Shown piece after piece: positions 17,623-25,916 of a stretch of 32,000 nucleotides of DNA. Source of the DNA: Mycolicibacterium smegmatis (GTDB lineage: Bacteria; Actinomycetota; Actinomycetes; Mycobacteriales; Mycobacteriaceae); contig NZ_LN831039.1 in assembly GCF_001457595.1 (NCBI RefSeq), positions 750,001-782,000 of the forward strand, read 5' to 3'. The position numbers were made by a program, and so were the translations under genes. The number at the start of each line of letters is the position of its first letter. Position 1 is the first letter of the stretch. The notes beneath the pieces were generated by a model. The model was not told where the DNA came from, searched no databases, and saw only the letters and a program-made list of their open reading frames with translations.

Positions 17623-18588
17623 TCAGCCCTTGCACTTCTCGGAGCCCGTCACGTCGCACACATGGCGCACGCCGTCGTAGTCCGCGTCGGTGACCGGCAC
17701 CACGCCCCAGGCCCGCTCATCGGTGATGCGGCATGCGTCACCTTCGCAGAATCCCTCTTCCTCAAAGGATTTGACGTTGGCATCTTGAGCGAACATGGTC
17801 TTGAGCTTGTCGATGACCTCGGGGCCCAACGCGTCGTTGGCGGCGAACACCGAACCGGCGATCATGTCCGATTTCCACACCGTCTTGAGCTGACCGGGTT
17901 TGAGGTCGCCCTTGTCGATCATGGTCTTGTCGACCATGGTGTCGAACGCGAAGCCCGCGTCGCAGTCGCCGTTGGCGATCGCGAGCGCCGAGGAATCATG
18001 CCCGCCTGCGAAGATCGGTGACATCGCGGCGGAGATGTCGGCCTCAGAACCCGACTTGACCACACCTTCCTCGATCAGGCCCGCGGTCGGGTACAAAAAG
18101 CCCGACGTCGACCCCGGATCGACGAAGCACACCTTCTTGCCGGCAAAGTCCTTGAGCCCGTTGATGTTGTCCTCGTCGGCGCGCGCGAGCCCGTAGGACT
18201 GGTAGCCGGGGGCACCGCCCTCGTCCTTGATCACCGCGCCGAGTGGGGTCATCTTGGCTCCGTTGACCCCCGCGACCACGTAGGCGAACGGGCCGAAGAA
18301 CGCGAGGTCGACGTTGCCCGCGATCATGCCCTCGACCACGCCCGCATAGTCGGAGGCCTGGACGAACTCGACCTTGGAGCCCGTCTGCTTCTCCAGCATC
18401 TTGATCAGTGGGTCGTAGCTGGCCTTGAGGTCGCTGGAGTTCTCCGCCGGGATCGCGGCGAGGGTGATCGTCTCGGGGAAGCCCTCGGCGGTGGTGGACT
18501 GCGGCTTGTCGGAGCCCGAACAGGCCGACGCCAGCAGGGCGACGCAGGCCGCCGCTGTGGCGATCTTGTGGTGAGCACGGATCTTCAT
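17623..18588 (-). CDS. phnD: Phosphonate/phosphate ABC transporter substrate-binding lipoprotein PhnD
   Basis: ATG at 18588. The signal plus lipobox is MKIRAHHKIATAAACVALLASAC. The PhnD-family core includes ITLAAIPAENSS and FGPFAYV. It is the first gene of the phnD-C-E operon and is divergent from phnF. The track ORF to 18810 runs through the operator region. Confidence 0.9.
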   Translation of the reverse strand: MKIRAHHKIATAAACVALLASACSGSDKPQSTTAEGFPETITLAAIPAENSSDLKASYDPLIKMLEKQTGSKVEFVQASDYAGVVEGMIAGNVDLAFFGPFAYVVAGVNGAKMTPLGAVIKDEGGAPGYQSYGLARADEDNINGLKDFAGKKVCFVDPGSTSGFLYPTAGLIEEGVVKSGSEADISAAMSPIFAGGHDSSALAIANGDCDAGFAFDTMVDKTMIDKGDLKPGQLKTVWKSDMIAGSVFAANDALGPEVIDKLKTMFAQDANVKSFEEEGFCEGDACRITDERAWGVVPVTDADYDGVRHVCDVTGSEKCKG

Positions 18589-18672
18589 GTCGCGCAGAAC
18601 CTTTCGAAAGGCGGGCAAGTCAGAGGGAGGCACTCTTCGGTATGTCCGGCCTCGTCCACACACCTTGTGGGG

Positions 18673-18684
18673 TGGTCTATACCA
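18673..18684. promoter_or_regulatory. 12-bp perfect palindrome TGGTCTATACCA, candidate PhnF operator (site 1)
   Basis: An exact self-complementary 12-mer in the phnD-phnF intergenic region. It is identical to the second copy 58 bp away and matches the TGGTATAGACCA PhnF site I recall from M. smegmatis work. Confidence 0.75.
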
Positions 18685-18730
18685 ACGGGTGCATCTCGGG
18701 AAAACGGAAGGTGAACAAGCGAATACGTCT

Positions 18731-18742
18731 TGGTCTATACCA
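18731..18742. promoter_or_regulatory. 12-bp perfect palindrome TGGTCTATACCA, candidate PhnF operator (site 2)
   Basis: The second exact copy, about 29 nt upstream of the first possible phnF start codon. Confidence 0.75.
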
Positions 18743-18770
18743 GCGGACGGCCGTCTGACGAGGCTCGGCT

Positions 18771-19523
18771 GTGTATTACGTTGGCCCCGTGACAGCGGGC
18801 GCGGCGCCACGGATCCTCAAGCATCAGGTCGTTCGTGCCGAACTGGACCGCATGCTCGACGGTATGCGCATCGGGGATCCCTTCCCCGCCGAGCGGGAGA
18901 TCGCCGAGCAGTTCGAGGTGGCCAGGGAGACCGTCAGGCAGGCGCTGCGTGAACTGCTCATCGACGGCCGGGTGGAGCGGCGCGGCCGCACGACCGTGGT
19001 GGCCCGGCCCAAGATCAGACAACCCCTCGGCATGGGCTCCTATACCGAGGCGGCCAAGGCCCAGGGATTGAGTGCGGGCCGCATCCTGGTCGCGTGGAGT
19101 GACCTGACCGCCGACGAGGTGCTCGCCGGCGTGCTCGGTGTCGACGTCGGGGCGCCGGTCCTGCAGTTGGAGCGTGTGCTCACCACCGATGGCGTGCGTG
19201 TCGGTCTGGAAACCACCAAACTGCCCGCGCAGCGGTACCCCGGCTTGCGGGAGACGTTCGACCACGAGGCGTCGCTGTACGCCGAGATCCGCAGCCGTGG
19301 GATCGCCTTCACGCGGACGGTCGACACGATCGACACGGCGCTCCCGGACGCGCGGGAAGCGGCCCTTCTCGGGGCCGACGCGCGCACTCCCATGTTCCTG
19401 CTCAACCGGGTGTCCTACGACCAGGACGACGTTGCCATCGAGCAACGGCGCTCGCTGTATCGCGGCGATCGGATGACGTTCACGGCCGTCATGCACGCTA
19501 AGAATTCCGCAATCGTTTCGTGA
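18771..19523 (+). CDS. phnF: GntR-family (HutC subfamily) transcriptional repressor PhnF
   Basis: The winged-HTH region is FPAEREIAEQFEVARETVRQALRELLIDGRVERRGRTTVV, followed by a UTRA-type effector domain. It is divergent from phnDCE. The start is GTG 18771 or the in-frame GTG 18789. Confidence 0.85.
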   Translation: MYYVGPVTAGAAPRILKHQVVRAELDRMLDGMRIGDPFPAEREIAEQFEVARETVRQALRELLIDGRVERRGRTTVVARPKIRQPLGMGSYTEAAKAQGLSAGRILVAWSDLTADEVLAGVLGVDVGAPVLQLERVLTTDGVRVGLETTKLPAQRYPGLRETFDHEASLYAEIRSRGIAFTRTVDTIDTALPDAREAALLGADARTPMFLLNRVSYDQDDVAIEQRRSLYRGDRMTFTAVMHAKNSAIVS

Positions 19524-19607
19524 TCGATTTGTTACTTTTGACCAGCGGAAACACCGGATTCTTGATATTGGCAAAACTCTAAGAGAATTCTCAGAACCGC
19601 CAGGGCG

Positions 19608-20318
19608 TTGCTGACCTGCGGTTTTGGTCCCCGTATCGTGCTGCGCGTGGGCCGACATTCGTTAGCCAGCCCCCGCAGGCGCAAGCCGTCGGCGGTCGCG
19701 GCTGCCGTCATCGCACCGGCCGCGGTGTTCTTCGCGGTCGGTGGTGATGTCAACCCATTCCCCGCCGAGCCGGACATCAAACCCGCGGCCGCGCCCGAAG
19801 GCACCGGCCAACCCGTGCCGGGTATGGAACTCATCGCCGCCGGGCCCGCTGCCAACCCGTCCGCCACGCCCGCCGGAGTGAGCGCAGGAGCCGAGCCCGC
19901 CACCGCATCGAGGTGGCGCGTACTCAACATCCCGAAGCTGCTGCCCGCCGGGCGCGCGCCGGAAAGCGGCCTGCAGGTCAAGACCATCCTGGCCGCACGC
20001 AGCGTCAGCGCCGACTTCCCCGAGATCCAGCAGATCGGCGGTGTTCGCGCGGACTCCCTGCGCTGGCACCCGAACGGTCTGGCGCTCGACGTGATGATCC
20101 CGAACCCGAGCAGCCCAGCGGGTATCGCGCTGGGCAACGAGATCGTGGCGTACGCGCTGAAGAACGCCGAGCGGTTCGCGCTGCAGGACTGCATCTGGCG
20201 CGACACCTACTACACGCCCAGCGGCGCGCGTAAAGGCTCGTACGGTCACTACGACCATGTGCACATCACCACCAAGGGCGGTGGCTACCCGTCGGGTGGC
20301 GAGGTCTACCTGCGCTGA
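19608..20318 (+). CDS. Exported/membrane-anchored protein with C-terminal LAS-type (VanY/M15-like) zinc-peptidase motifs
   Basis: The N-terminal basic and hydrophobic segment is RRRKPSAVAAAVIAPAAVFFAVGG, followed by an Ala/Pro linker. The C-terminal domain has WHPNGLALDV (HxxGxAxD) and, ~55 aa later, GHYDHVHIT (HxH). The start is uncertain: TTG 19608, GTG 19638 or GTG 19647. Confidence 0.65.
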   Translation: MLTCGFGPRIVLRVGRHSLASPRRRKPSAVAAAVIAPAAVFFAVGGDVNPFPAEPDIKPAAAPEGTGQPVPGMELIAAGPAANPSATPAGVSAGAEPATASRWRVLNIPKLLPAGRAPESGLQVKTILAARSVSADFPEIQQIGGVRADSLRWHPNGLALDVMIPNPSSPAGIALGNEIVAYALKNAERFALQDCIWRDTYYTPSGARKGSYGHYDHVHITTKGGGYPSGGEVYLR

Positions 20319-20363
20319 GCGTGTCGTGCGCATTCGGATGCGTCGACAATTACAGTCCGCATC

Positions 20364-21227
20364 GTGGCGCTGTCGCTCGGTTGGGCCCGTTCGGTGCTGC
20401 GTGCCGAGGTCGCTGAGATCCGCCGCAGCGATCCGGACCTCGATCCTCGGGACATTGCCGGCTTCTCGTTGCCCATCCTGGTGCGCGCACTCGGCATACT
20501 CGCCGTCGGCGTCGTCCCGATGCTGGTGGTCCGCAACGGCGACCGCGCCAATGCGGAACTGGTGGCGATCATCGGGTCGCTGGCGTTGGTGCTCATCTGC
20601 GCCGCGGTGGTCGCCTGGCTGATCTCGGTCGTGCTGTCCGGGCTCATCGTGATGGTGCTGTACCGCACGCGACCGGGCGCCTCCTCGCACCTGGTGATGA
20701 GGTCTCTGACCGATTCGTTCCTCCGTGTCAACGGCGCGACGTCGGCGCTGATGTTGTTGGCACTACTGGCGGGCCTGTTGGCGCTGGCGTTCGGGTTACC
20801 CACCCGCAGTTCCGATGAGCTGGCCAACTCGGTTCTCGACGACCTGTTGACGGCCCAGGTGGGGATGCTGCTGGTGGCGCTCGCATTCGCCTTCGTCATC
20901 GAGTCGATCCGGACGTCGGCAGACATCGTGAACGATCAGTCCCTGCTGCTCGCCTGGCCGTGGGCCCTGCTGATCGCCGCATCGAGTTGGGTCGCGGCGA
21001 CCACGCTCGGCCCGTTCGAGGTGACGCGGATGCTGACCATCCTGCTGCACGAGTGGCTGCCGGCGACCGTCGACGGGGTGCCGAGCGACGAGGTGATCGC
21101 CGACCTGGTGTCGCCGTCGGCGCGCTGGTGGGTGGTGTTCGGGCCGCTGCCTGTCATCACCGCGATCTGGGCGTATCAGGCCAAGCGGCACGGCGGGTTC
21201 GCGGCGCTGCAACAACACCGCGCCTGA
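20364..21227 (+). CDS. Polytopic integral membrane protein of unknown function (~7 TM)
   Basis: GTG start, 287 aa. Hydrophobic helices recur (ILAVGVVPMLVV, IIGSLALVLICAAVVAWLISVVLSGLIVMVL, LMLLALLAGLLALAFGL, MLLVALAFAFVI, LLLAWPWALLIAASSWVAA, WWVVFGPLPVITAIWA). Third-position G/C looks high. I recognise no family motif. Confidence 0.65.
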   Translation: MALSLGWARSVLRAEVAEIRRSDPDLDPRDIAGFSLPILVRALGILAVGVVPMLVVRNGDRANAELVAIIGSLALVLICAAVVAWLISVVLSGLIVMVLYRTRPGASSHLVMRSLTDSFLRVNGATSALMLLALLAGLLALAFGLPTRSSDELANSVLDDLLTAQVGMLLVALAFAFVIESIRTSADIVNDQSLLLAWPWALLIAASSWVAATTLGPFEVTRMLTILLHEWLPATVDGVPSDEVIADLVSPSARWWVVFGPLPVITAIWAYQAKRHGGFAALQQHRA

Positions 21228-21258
21228 ACGCGCAGGCGACGGACGCCGTTTCACAGGG

Positions 21259-22236
21259 ATGCCCTCATTCGTGGATATCGGCATCGAGGTGATGCAGTGC
21301 CTCGCGATTTCGGTGCCGGTCGGGATCGGTATGACGGTCTCGGTGCTCGCGCTGCCGGAGGAAACCGGCGGCGTGGTCGCCAAACGCGTGCGGGCCCTGG
21401 CGTTGCCTGCGGCCGTCCTGGTGTTTCTCGCGGCCTTGCCCGCATTCCCCGCCGCTGACACCGGCGCGGCGCGGGTCGAAGCGGTCGGCCTGGTGGTGAC
21501 CGGTCTCGGATTGGCGGCGTTGTGGACGTGGGCCTCCCGGCCGCTGGCCGGCGGTGTCGCAGCGATCGCGGCGCTCACGGGCTTCGTCCCCAACGTGCCG
21601 GTGACCTTCACGCTGAACGATGTCGCACACGACCTGTTGACCGCGGTCCACGTGCTGGGCATGCAGGTTTGGACGGGCGGGCTCATCGTGCTCGCGCTCG
21701 CCGGAGTTCTGGGCCGGATCGGCGGCCCGCCGCCAGATGCGTTGCGCGCCACCGAGGACTGGACACGCATCTGGGAGCGGTTCACCCTCGTGGCGATGTG
21801 CGCGGTCGGGGCGATGATCGTGAGCGGGACGTGGCTCGCGTGGACACACGTCGGCACGGTCGGCCAATTCTTCACGACGTCCTACGGGCGGCATCTCTTC
21901 GTCAAGCTCGTCTTCGTCCTCGCGCTCGTGCTGGCCGGCGCCTACAACATGCGGGTGCTCCTGCCGAAGATCGCCGAGGCCAGAGGGCTGGGTGATCACC
22001 GCTGGGCGTTCCGGCTGGCGGTCGAGCACTTCCCTGCGGTGGTGCTCGGCGAGGTGGCACTGGCGCTCGCGATCCTGGTGATGGTGACGTTCCTGCACGG
22101 ATCTGCACGCGCGCAGGCGGGTTGGCCCGCGGCGCGCGCCTTCGACCTCACGGTGCTCGGTTCGGGTGTGGTGCTCACCGTGCTGGTGGCAATTGCGTTG
22201 CGGGCCGGACGCTCCCGCAGCGGTGCACCGAAGTAG
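21259..22236 (+). CDS. CopD-family-like integral membrane protein (copper resistance D domain)
   Basis: ATG at 21259, 325 aa, ~8 TM. The central HVLGMQVWTGGLIVLA, then MIVSGTWLAWTHVG, then GRHLFVKLVFVLALVLAGAYN spacing resembles CopD/YcnJ C-terminal domains. This assignment is from pattern memory only. Confidence 0.55.
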   Translation: MPSFVDIGIEVMQCLAISVPVGIGMTVSVLALPEETGGVVAKRVRALALPAAVLVFLAALPAFPAADTGAARVEAVGLVVTGLGLAALWTWASRPLAGGVAAIAALTGFVPNVPVTFTLNDVAHDLLTAVHVLGMQVWTGGLIVLALAGVLGRIGGPPPDALRATEDWTRIWERFTLVAMCAVGAMIVSGTWLAWTHVGTVGQFFTTSYGRHLFVKLVFVLALVLAGAYNMRVLLPKIAEARGLGDHRWAFRLAVEHFPAVVLGEVALALAILVMVTFLHGSARAQAGWPAARAFDLTVLGSGVVLTVLVAIALRAGRSRSGAPK

Positions 22237-22239
22237 CGA

Positions 22240-23160
22240 TCAGGGCACCTGCGGTTTGATCTCCTCGATCACCCACTGGGCGTAATCGAGATACTCGTCG
22301 ACACCGCGTACGGGCGGCAGCGGTACCGCGCTGACGGTCACGCCCTGCTCGCCCAGCCAGCTCAGCCGGTCGATGATCTCCTGGGCGCTCATGCCCGGGC
22401 GGGCGTTGGGATCGTCGCGCACGGTGTGCCCTTCACCCACCCGCGTGGTGGCCATACCGTGGACCACGTCGAACGCGCGTCCGTCGTACTCCGGCTGTGA
22501 CTTGATGAAATCGATCCGCTCCGCGAGCTTTTCGGGCGGCGTCAGAAACGACCACCAGCCCGAGGCGTATCTGGCGGCCCGGCGCAGTGCGGCGTCGGCG
22601 TCACCGCCGATGAAGATGGGCAGGTGTGGTTTCTGCACGGGCTTGGGCTCGAACGCGATATCGCCGAACGAGACGTAGCGTCCCTCGAACTTGGGTGAGT
22701 CGCTGGTCCACAACTCGACGATCGCGGCGAGGTACTCGTCGGCCATGCGCCCGCGTTCGTGGAACGGCACCCCGAGCAGCTCGAACTCCCGCTGGAGCCA
22801 TCCCACTCCGAACGTGACCATCATGCGTCCGCTGCTCATCCAGTCCGCGGTCGCGAGCGCTTTCGCCAGCACGATGGGGTGCTGCAGCGGCAACACCGTG
22901 ATGCACGAGTTGAGCATGATGCGCTCGGTCGCCCCGGCGATGTAGGCCTGCGCGACCGTCGACTGCAGATAGTGCGGGCCGGACAGTTCGACATGTTCGT
23001 TCGGTATCACGAAATGCTCTGGTACGGCGATCATGTCGTAGCCCCATCGGTCGGCGCACTTGACCATCCGTGTCTGGTCGGCGCCCGTCACCTCGGCCTC
23101 CCACGGTTGCATCATCGCCTTGAGGCGCAGCATGTGGGGCAGGTTGAACACGAGCTTCAT
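22240..23160 (-). CDS. Luciferase-like monooxygenase (LLM) family, probable F420-dependent oxidoreductase
   Basis: ATG at 23160 is preceded by AAGGAG, 6 nt upstream (the track start at 23175 is a GTG inside that RBS). The sequence is typical of the LLM class: YDMIAVPEHF, LLQHPIVLAKALATAD, GRMMVTFGVGW and PHLPIFIGG. Confidence 0.75.
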   Translation of the reverse strand: MKLVFNLPHMLRLKAMMQPWEAEVTGADQTRMVKCADRWGYDMIAVPEHFVIPNEHVELSGPHYLQSTVAQAYIAGATERIMLNSCITVLPLQHPIVLAKALATADWMSSGRMMVTFGVGWLQREFELLGVPFHERGRMADEYLAAIVELWTSDSPKFEGRYVSFGDIAFEPKPVQKPHLPIFIGGDADAALRRAARYASGWWSFLTPPEKLAERIDFIKSQPEYDGRAFDVVHGMATTRVGEGHTVRDDPNARPGMSAQEIIDRLSWLGEQGVTVSAVPLPPVRGVDEYLDYAQWVIEEIKPQVP

Positions 23161-23289
23161 ACCGAACTCCTTCACGGACCTGGGAGAGGTGGCTTCTCGA
23201 AATCAGAGAGTATTAGCTGCCGACGATTGAAACTCTATTATCGTAGAGAAAGTTGAAAGCCCGTATCGCGGGCGGAACAGGAGACGGCG

Positions 23290-24069
23290 ATGGCGGTGCA
23301 GCTGGACCTGACGGGGCGGCGGGTTCTCATCACGGGCGCGGGACAGGGCGTGGGACGCGGTCTCGCGCTGGCGTTCGCGTCGGCCGGAGCGGCCGTGGTG
23401 GTCAATGACCTGCGCGCCGAACGCGCCGAGGCCGTCGTCGACGAGATCAAAGCCCAGGGCGGTACGGCCGCCGCTGCGGCCTTCGATGTCACCGACTTCG
23501 ACGCGGTCACCGCCGCCGTGGTGGCCGCGGGCCACGTCGACATCCTGGTCAACAACGCGGGCAACGCGGGTGCCGAAGGCTTCGCGTCGCGCGCGCCGTT
23601 CGCCGAGACCACACCGGAGGACTGGGAGCCGTTCCTGCGGGTGAATCTCTACGGCGTCCTGCACTGCACGCGCGCGGTGCTGCCGTGGATGATCGAGCAC
23701 AAATGGGGCCGGGTGCTCACCATCGTGTCCGACGCGGGGCGCACCGGCGACGCCAACGGCGCGACCTACGCCGCGGCCAAAGCCGGTGCGGCCGGGCTGA
23801 CTCGATCACTGGCGCTGGAAACTGGACGCCACGGCATCACGGCCAACAACATCGCACTCGGCACCATGCGCACGCCGCTCACCGAACCGCTGTGGGCCGA
23901 ACAGGCCGACTCGCCGCAGGCCAAGGCGATCCTTGCCGGTTACGCTGTGCGCAGGCCCGGGTTGCCCGAGGACGTCACACATCTGGCGGTGCTGTTGGCC
24001 AGTGACCACGGGTCGTGGATCACCGGGCAGACCATCCCGGTCAACGGGGGCTACTCGTTCGCTCTCTGA
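23290..24069 (+). CDS. Short-chain dehydrogenase/reductase (FabG-like SDR)
   Basis: ATG is preceded by AGGAGA. Cofactor motif ITGAGQGVGRG (TGxxxGxG), NNAG, and catalytic YAAAKAG (YxxxK). Confidence 0.9.
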   Translation: MAVQLDLTGRRVLITGAGQGVGRGLALAFASAGAAVVVNDLRAERAEAVVDEIKAQGGTAAAAAFDVTDFDAVTAAVVAAGHVDILVNNAGNAGAEGFASRAPFAETTPEDWEPFLRVNLYGVLHCTRAVLPWMIEHKWGRVLTIVSDAGRTGDANGATYAAAKAGAAGLTRSLALETGRHGITANNIALGTMRTPLTEPLWAEQADSPQAKAILAGYAVRRPGLPEDVTHLAVLLASDHGSWITGQTIPVNGGYSFAL

Positions 24070-24672
24070 TCAGCCCTGTTCAGGCTGCGGGCCGCCGCGG
24101 CAGAGTGAACAGATGATGGCTTCGAGTTGCTCGGCCGAGCCGATGGTGCGGTCGCCGCGGCTGAGGGCCAGCAGCAGGCCGCTGATGAACGTCAACAGCA
24201 CATAGGTCCGTTCGGCCACCTCCGCCGAATCGGCGTCGGGCGAAAGGCGTTGCACCACATCGCGATGCATGTCGACGAACCGCTGCTGGTGCAGCGCGAA
24301 CACCTGCGCCAGGCCGGGGTCGCGGCTCGACGGCATCGCGAGCTCGAGGCGGGCCCGGCTGCGGACGAATCCGGGCCCGTCCGCGGCGCGCATCACCAGC
24401 GCCGCCAGTCCCGCGGCCGGGTTCTCACCCGGGGCGGGAGGTTCGGTGGCCGCGGTCAGATCCTGCAGATCCAACTCGGCGACGCGGCCGGCGACCGCGT
24501 GCAGCAGCGCCGAACTGGTGCGGAAGTAGAAGGACGTCGTGCCGTCCGGGACTCCGGCCGTGCGGTCCACCTTCAGGTGCGTGAGACCCTTGATACCCTC
24601 GTCGGCCAGCAGTCGGATCGCCGCGTCGCAGAGTTCACGCCGGCGCTGTTCGGGGTTCTGTTTGCGTCCCAT
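24070..24672 (-). CDS. TetR/AcrR-family transcriptional regulator
   Basis: ATG at 24672. The N-terminal HTH is RRRELCDAAIRLLADEGIKGLTHLKVDRTAGVPDGTTSFYFRTSSALLHAV. It is the last gene of the minus-strand PotDBC-Rieske string. Confidence 0.9.
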   Translation of the reverse strand: MGRKQNPEQRRRELCDAAIRLLADEGIKGLTHLKVDRTAGVPDGTTSFYFRTSSALLHAVAGRVAELDLQDLTAATEPPAPGENPAAGLAALVMRAADGPGFVRSRARLELAMPSSRDPGLAQVFALHQQRFVDMHRDVVQRLSPDADSAEVAERTYVLLTFISGLLLALSRGDRTIGSAEQLEAIICSLCRGGPQPEQG

Positions 24673-24717
24673 GGGTTTCGCACAGCATATCGGCGTCGCC
24701 GCGGTGCGAGAACGGGA

Positions 24718-25866
24718 TCAGGCCCCCTGGTACGCGCGGGCAACCCGCGTGACGAACTGATAGACACCGTCCTCGTCGGGCGCCAGCGGGCCGGGCCTCG
24801 CATGCGGAGACGACAGGCCGCGCTGCACCGATTCGCACGCCGCCCAGTCCTGGCGGTTGGTCAGATCCCAGAAGTCCACCGCGTACGCCGGATCGAAACC
24901 GGGTCTTCCGACCGCTTCCCTGGGAAACGCCCACGCGCATTCCACGTGGGTACGGTCGACGGCCAGCGGTGTCATGAGATGCGTCATGACGTAGTCGGGA
25001 TGCAGGCTCACCAACAGGTTGGGGTAGCCCACGAGATACATCACCGTCCGCAGTTCGTGCTCCGACAGGCCCGCGATCGCGACGCCGCCGCTGCGGCCGT
25101 CCAGCGACATGGTCTCGGCGCCATCGACGATCGACATCCAGCCGCCCATCCAGGACCCGGGCAACTCGAGGTTCTCGCCACTGGTGGGCGGGCTGATGCG
25201 CGACAGCTCGGGATGGATGGACGAGCAGTGGTAGCACTCCTGGTAGTTCTCGGCGATGATCTTCCAGTTGGCCGCCAGCTCGTAGGAGTGCCGCGCGACG
25301 ATCGTGAGGTCTTCGGGACGATACGGCGACACCACGTCTTCCAGTCCGGCAACGTGCGTCGTGAAATCGGCATCCTGACCACTGGGGTCCACGAAAAGCC
25401 AACCGTGCCAGTCGACGAGGCGCAGCTCGACGAGGCCGAAGGCGTCCGGGTCGAACCCCTCGACGTCCTTGAACCCGGGCGCGTTGCGCACCGAACCGTC
25501 GAGCCGGTACGACCACGCGTGATACGGGCACACGATGCTGCGGCGTTTGGCCGACGCACCGCACGACAACAGTTCGTGATTGCGGTGGCGGCATGCGTTG
25601 GCGAAGGCCCGCATCCGGTTGTCCTCACCGCGCACGAGCAGCACGCCGTTGGCCCCCGAACCGACGGCGCGCTGTGCGCCGGGCGCCTCGAGATCGGCGG
25701 CATGGCCCACACAGGTCCAGCCCGAGAAGATCGCCTGCTGCTCCCACGCGAACACTGCTGGATCGACGTAGGCCTCGCGCGGCAGCATGCGGGAGTGCCC
25801 GAACGGTGCCAGTGCGGCAGCCAGATCGTCGGCCGGTACGGGCGCGGGACCGATCTGTTTGAACAT
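24718..25866 (-). CDS. Rieske non-heme iron oxygenase, alpha-subunit-only type
   Basis: Rieske motif CRHRNHELLSCGASAKRRSIVCPYHAWSY. Mononuclear iron motif NWKIIAENYQECYHCSSIHPEL (E..H-x4-H). I prefer ATG 25866 because the 12 codons up to the alternative GTG 25902 have poorer third-position G/C. No beta subunit, ferredoxin or reductase is present in the window. Confidence 0.85.
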   Translation of the reverse strand: MFKQIGPAPVPADDLAAALAPFGHSRMLPREAYVDPAVFAWEQQAIFSGWTCVGHAADLEAPGAQRAVGSGANGVLLVRGEDNRMRAFANACRHRNHELLSCGASAKRRSIVCPYHAWSYRLDGSVRNAPGFKDVEGFDPDAFGLVELRLVDWHGWLFVDPSGQDADFTTHVAGLEDVVSPYRPEDLTIVARHSYELAANWKIIAENYQECYHCSSIHPELSRISPPTSGENLELPGSWMGGWMSIVDGAETMSLDGRSGGVAIAGLSEHELRTVMYLVGYPNLLVSLHPDYVMTHLMTPLAVDRTHVECAWAFPREAVGRPGFDPAYAVDFWDLTNRQDWAACESVQRGLSSPHARPGPLAPDEDGVYQFVTRVARAYQGA

Positions 25867-25916
25867 ACAGTCAGGATAGTCGTCGGCCCCGGAATGGTCC
25901 ACAGCCGCGTGGACGT

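Noticed and set aside
17623-18810. Long form of phnD (395 aa) starting at 18810
   Set aside because: It would read through both PhnF operator palindromes and the promoter region. ATG 18588 gives a normal lipoprotein signal peptide.
19532-21875. ORFs 19532..20206(-), 19662..20690(-) 342 aa and 20796..21875(-) 359 aa
   Set aside because: They are antisense to the three same-strand membrane and exported-protein genes. Their composition is dominated by Arg/Ala/Gly/Pro/Thr, with no TM or domain signatures.
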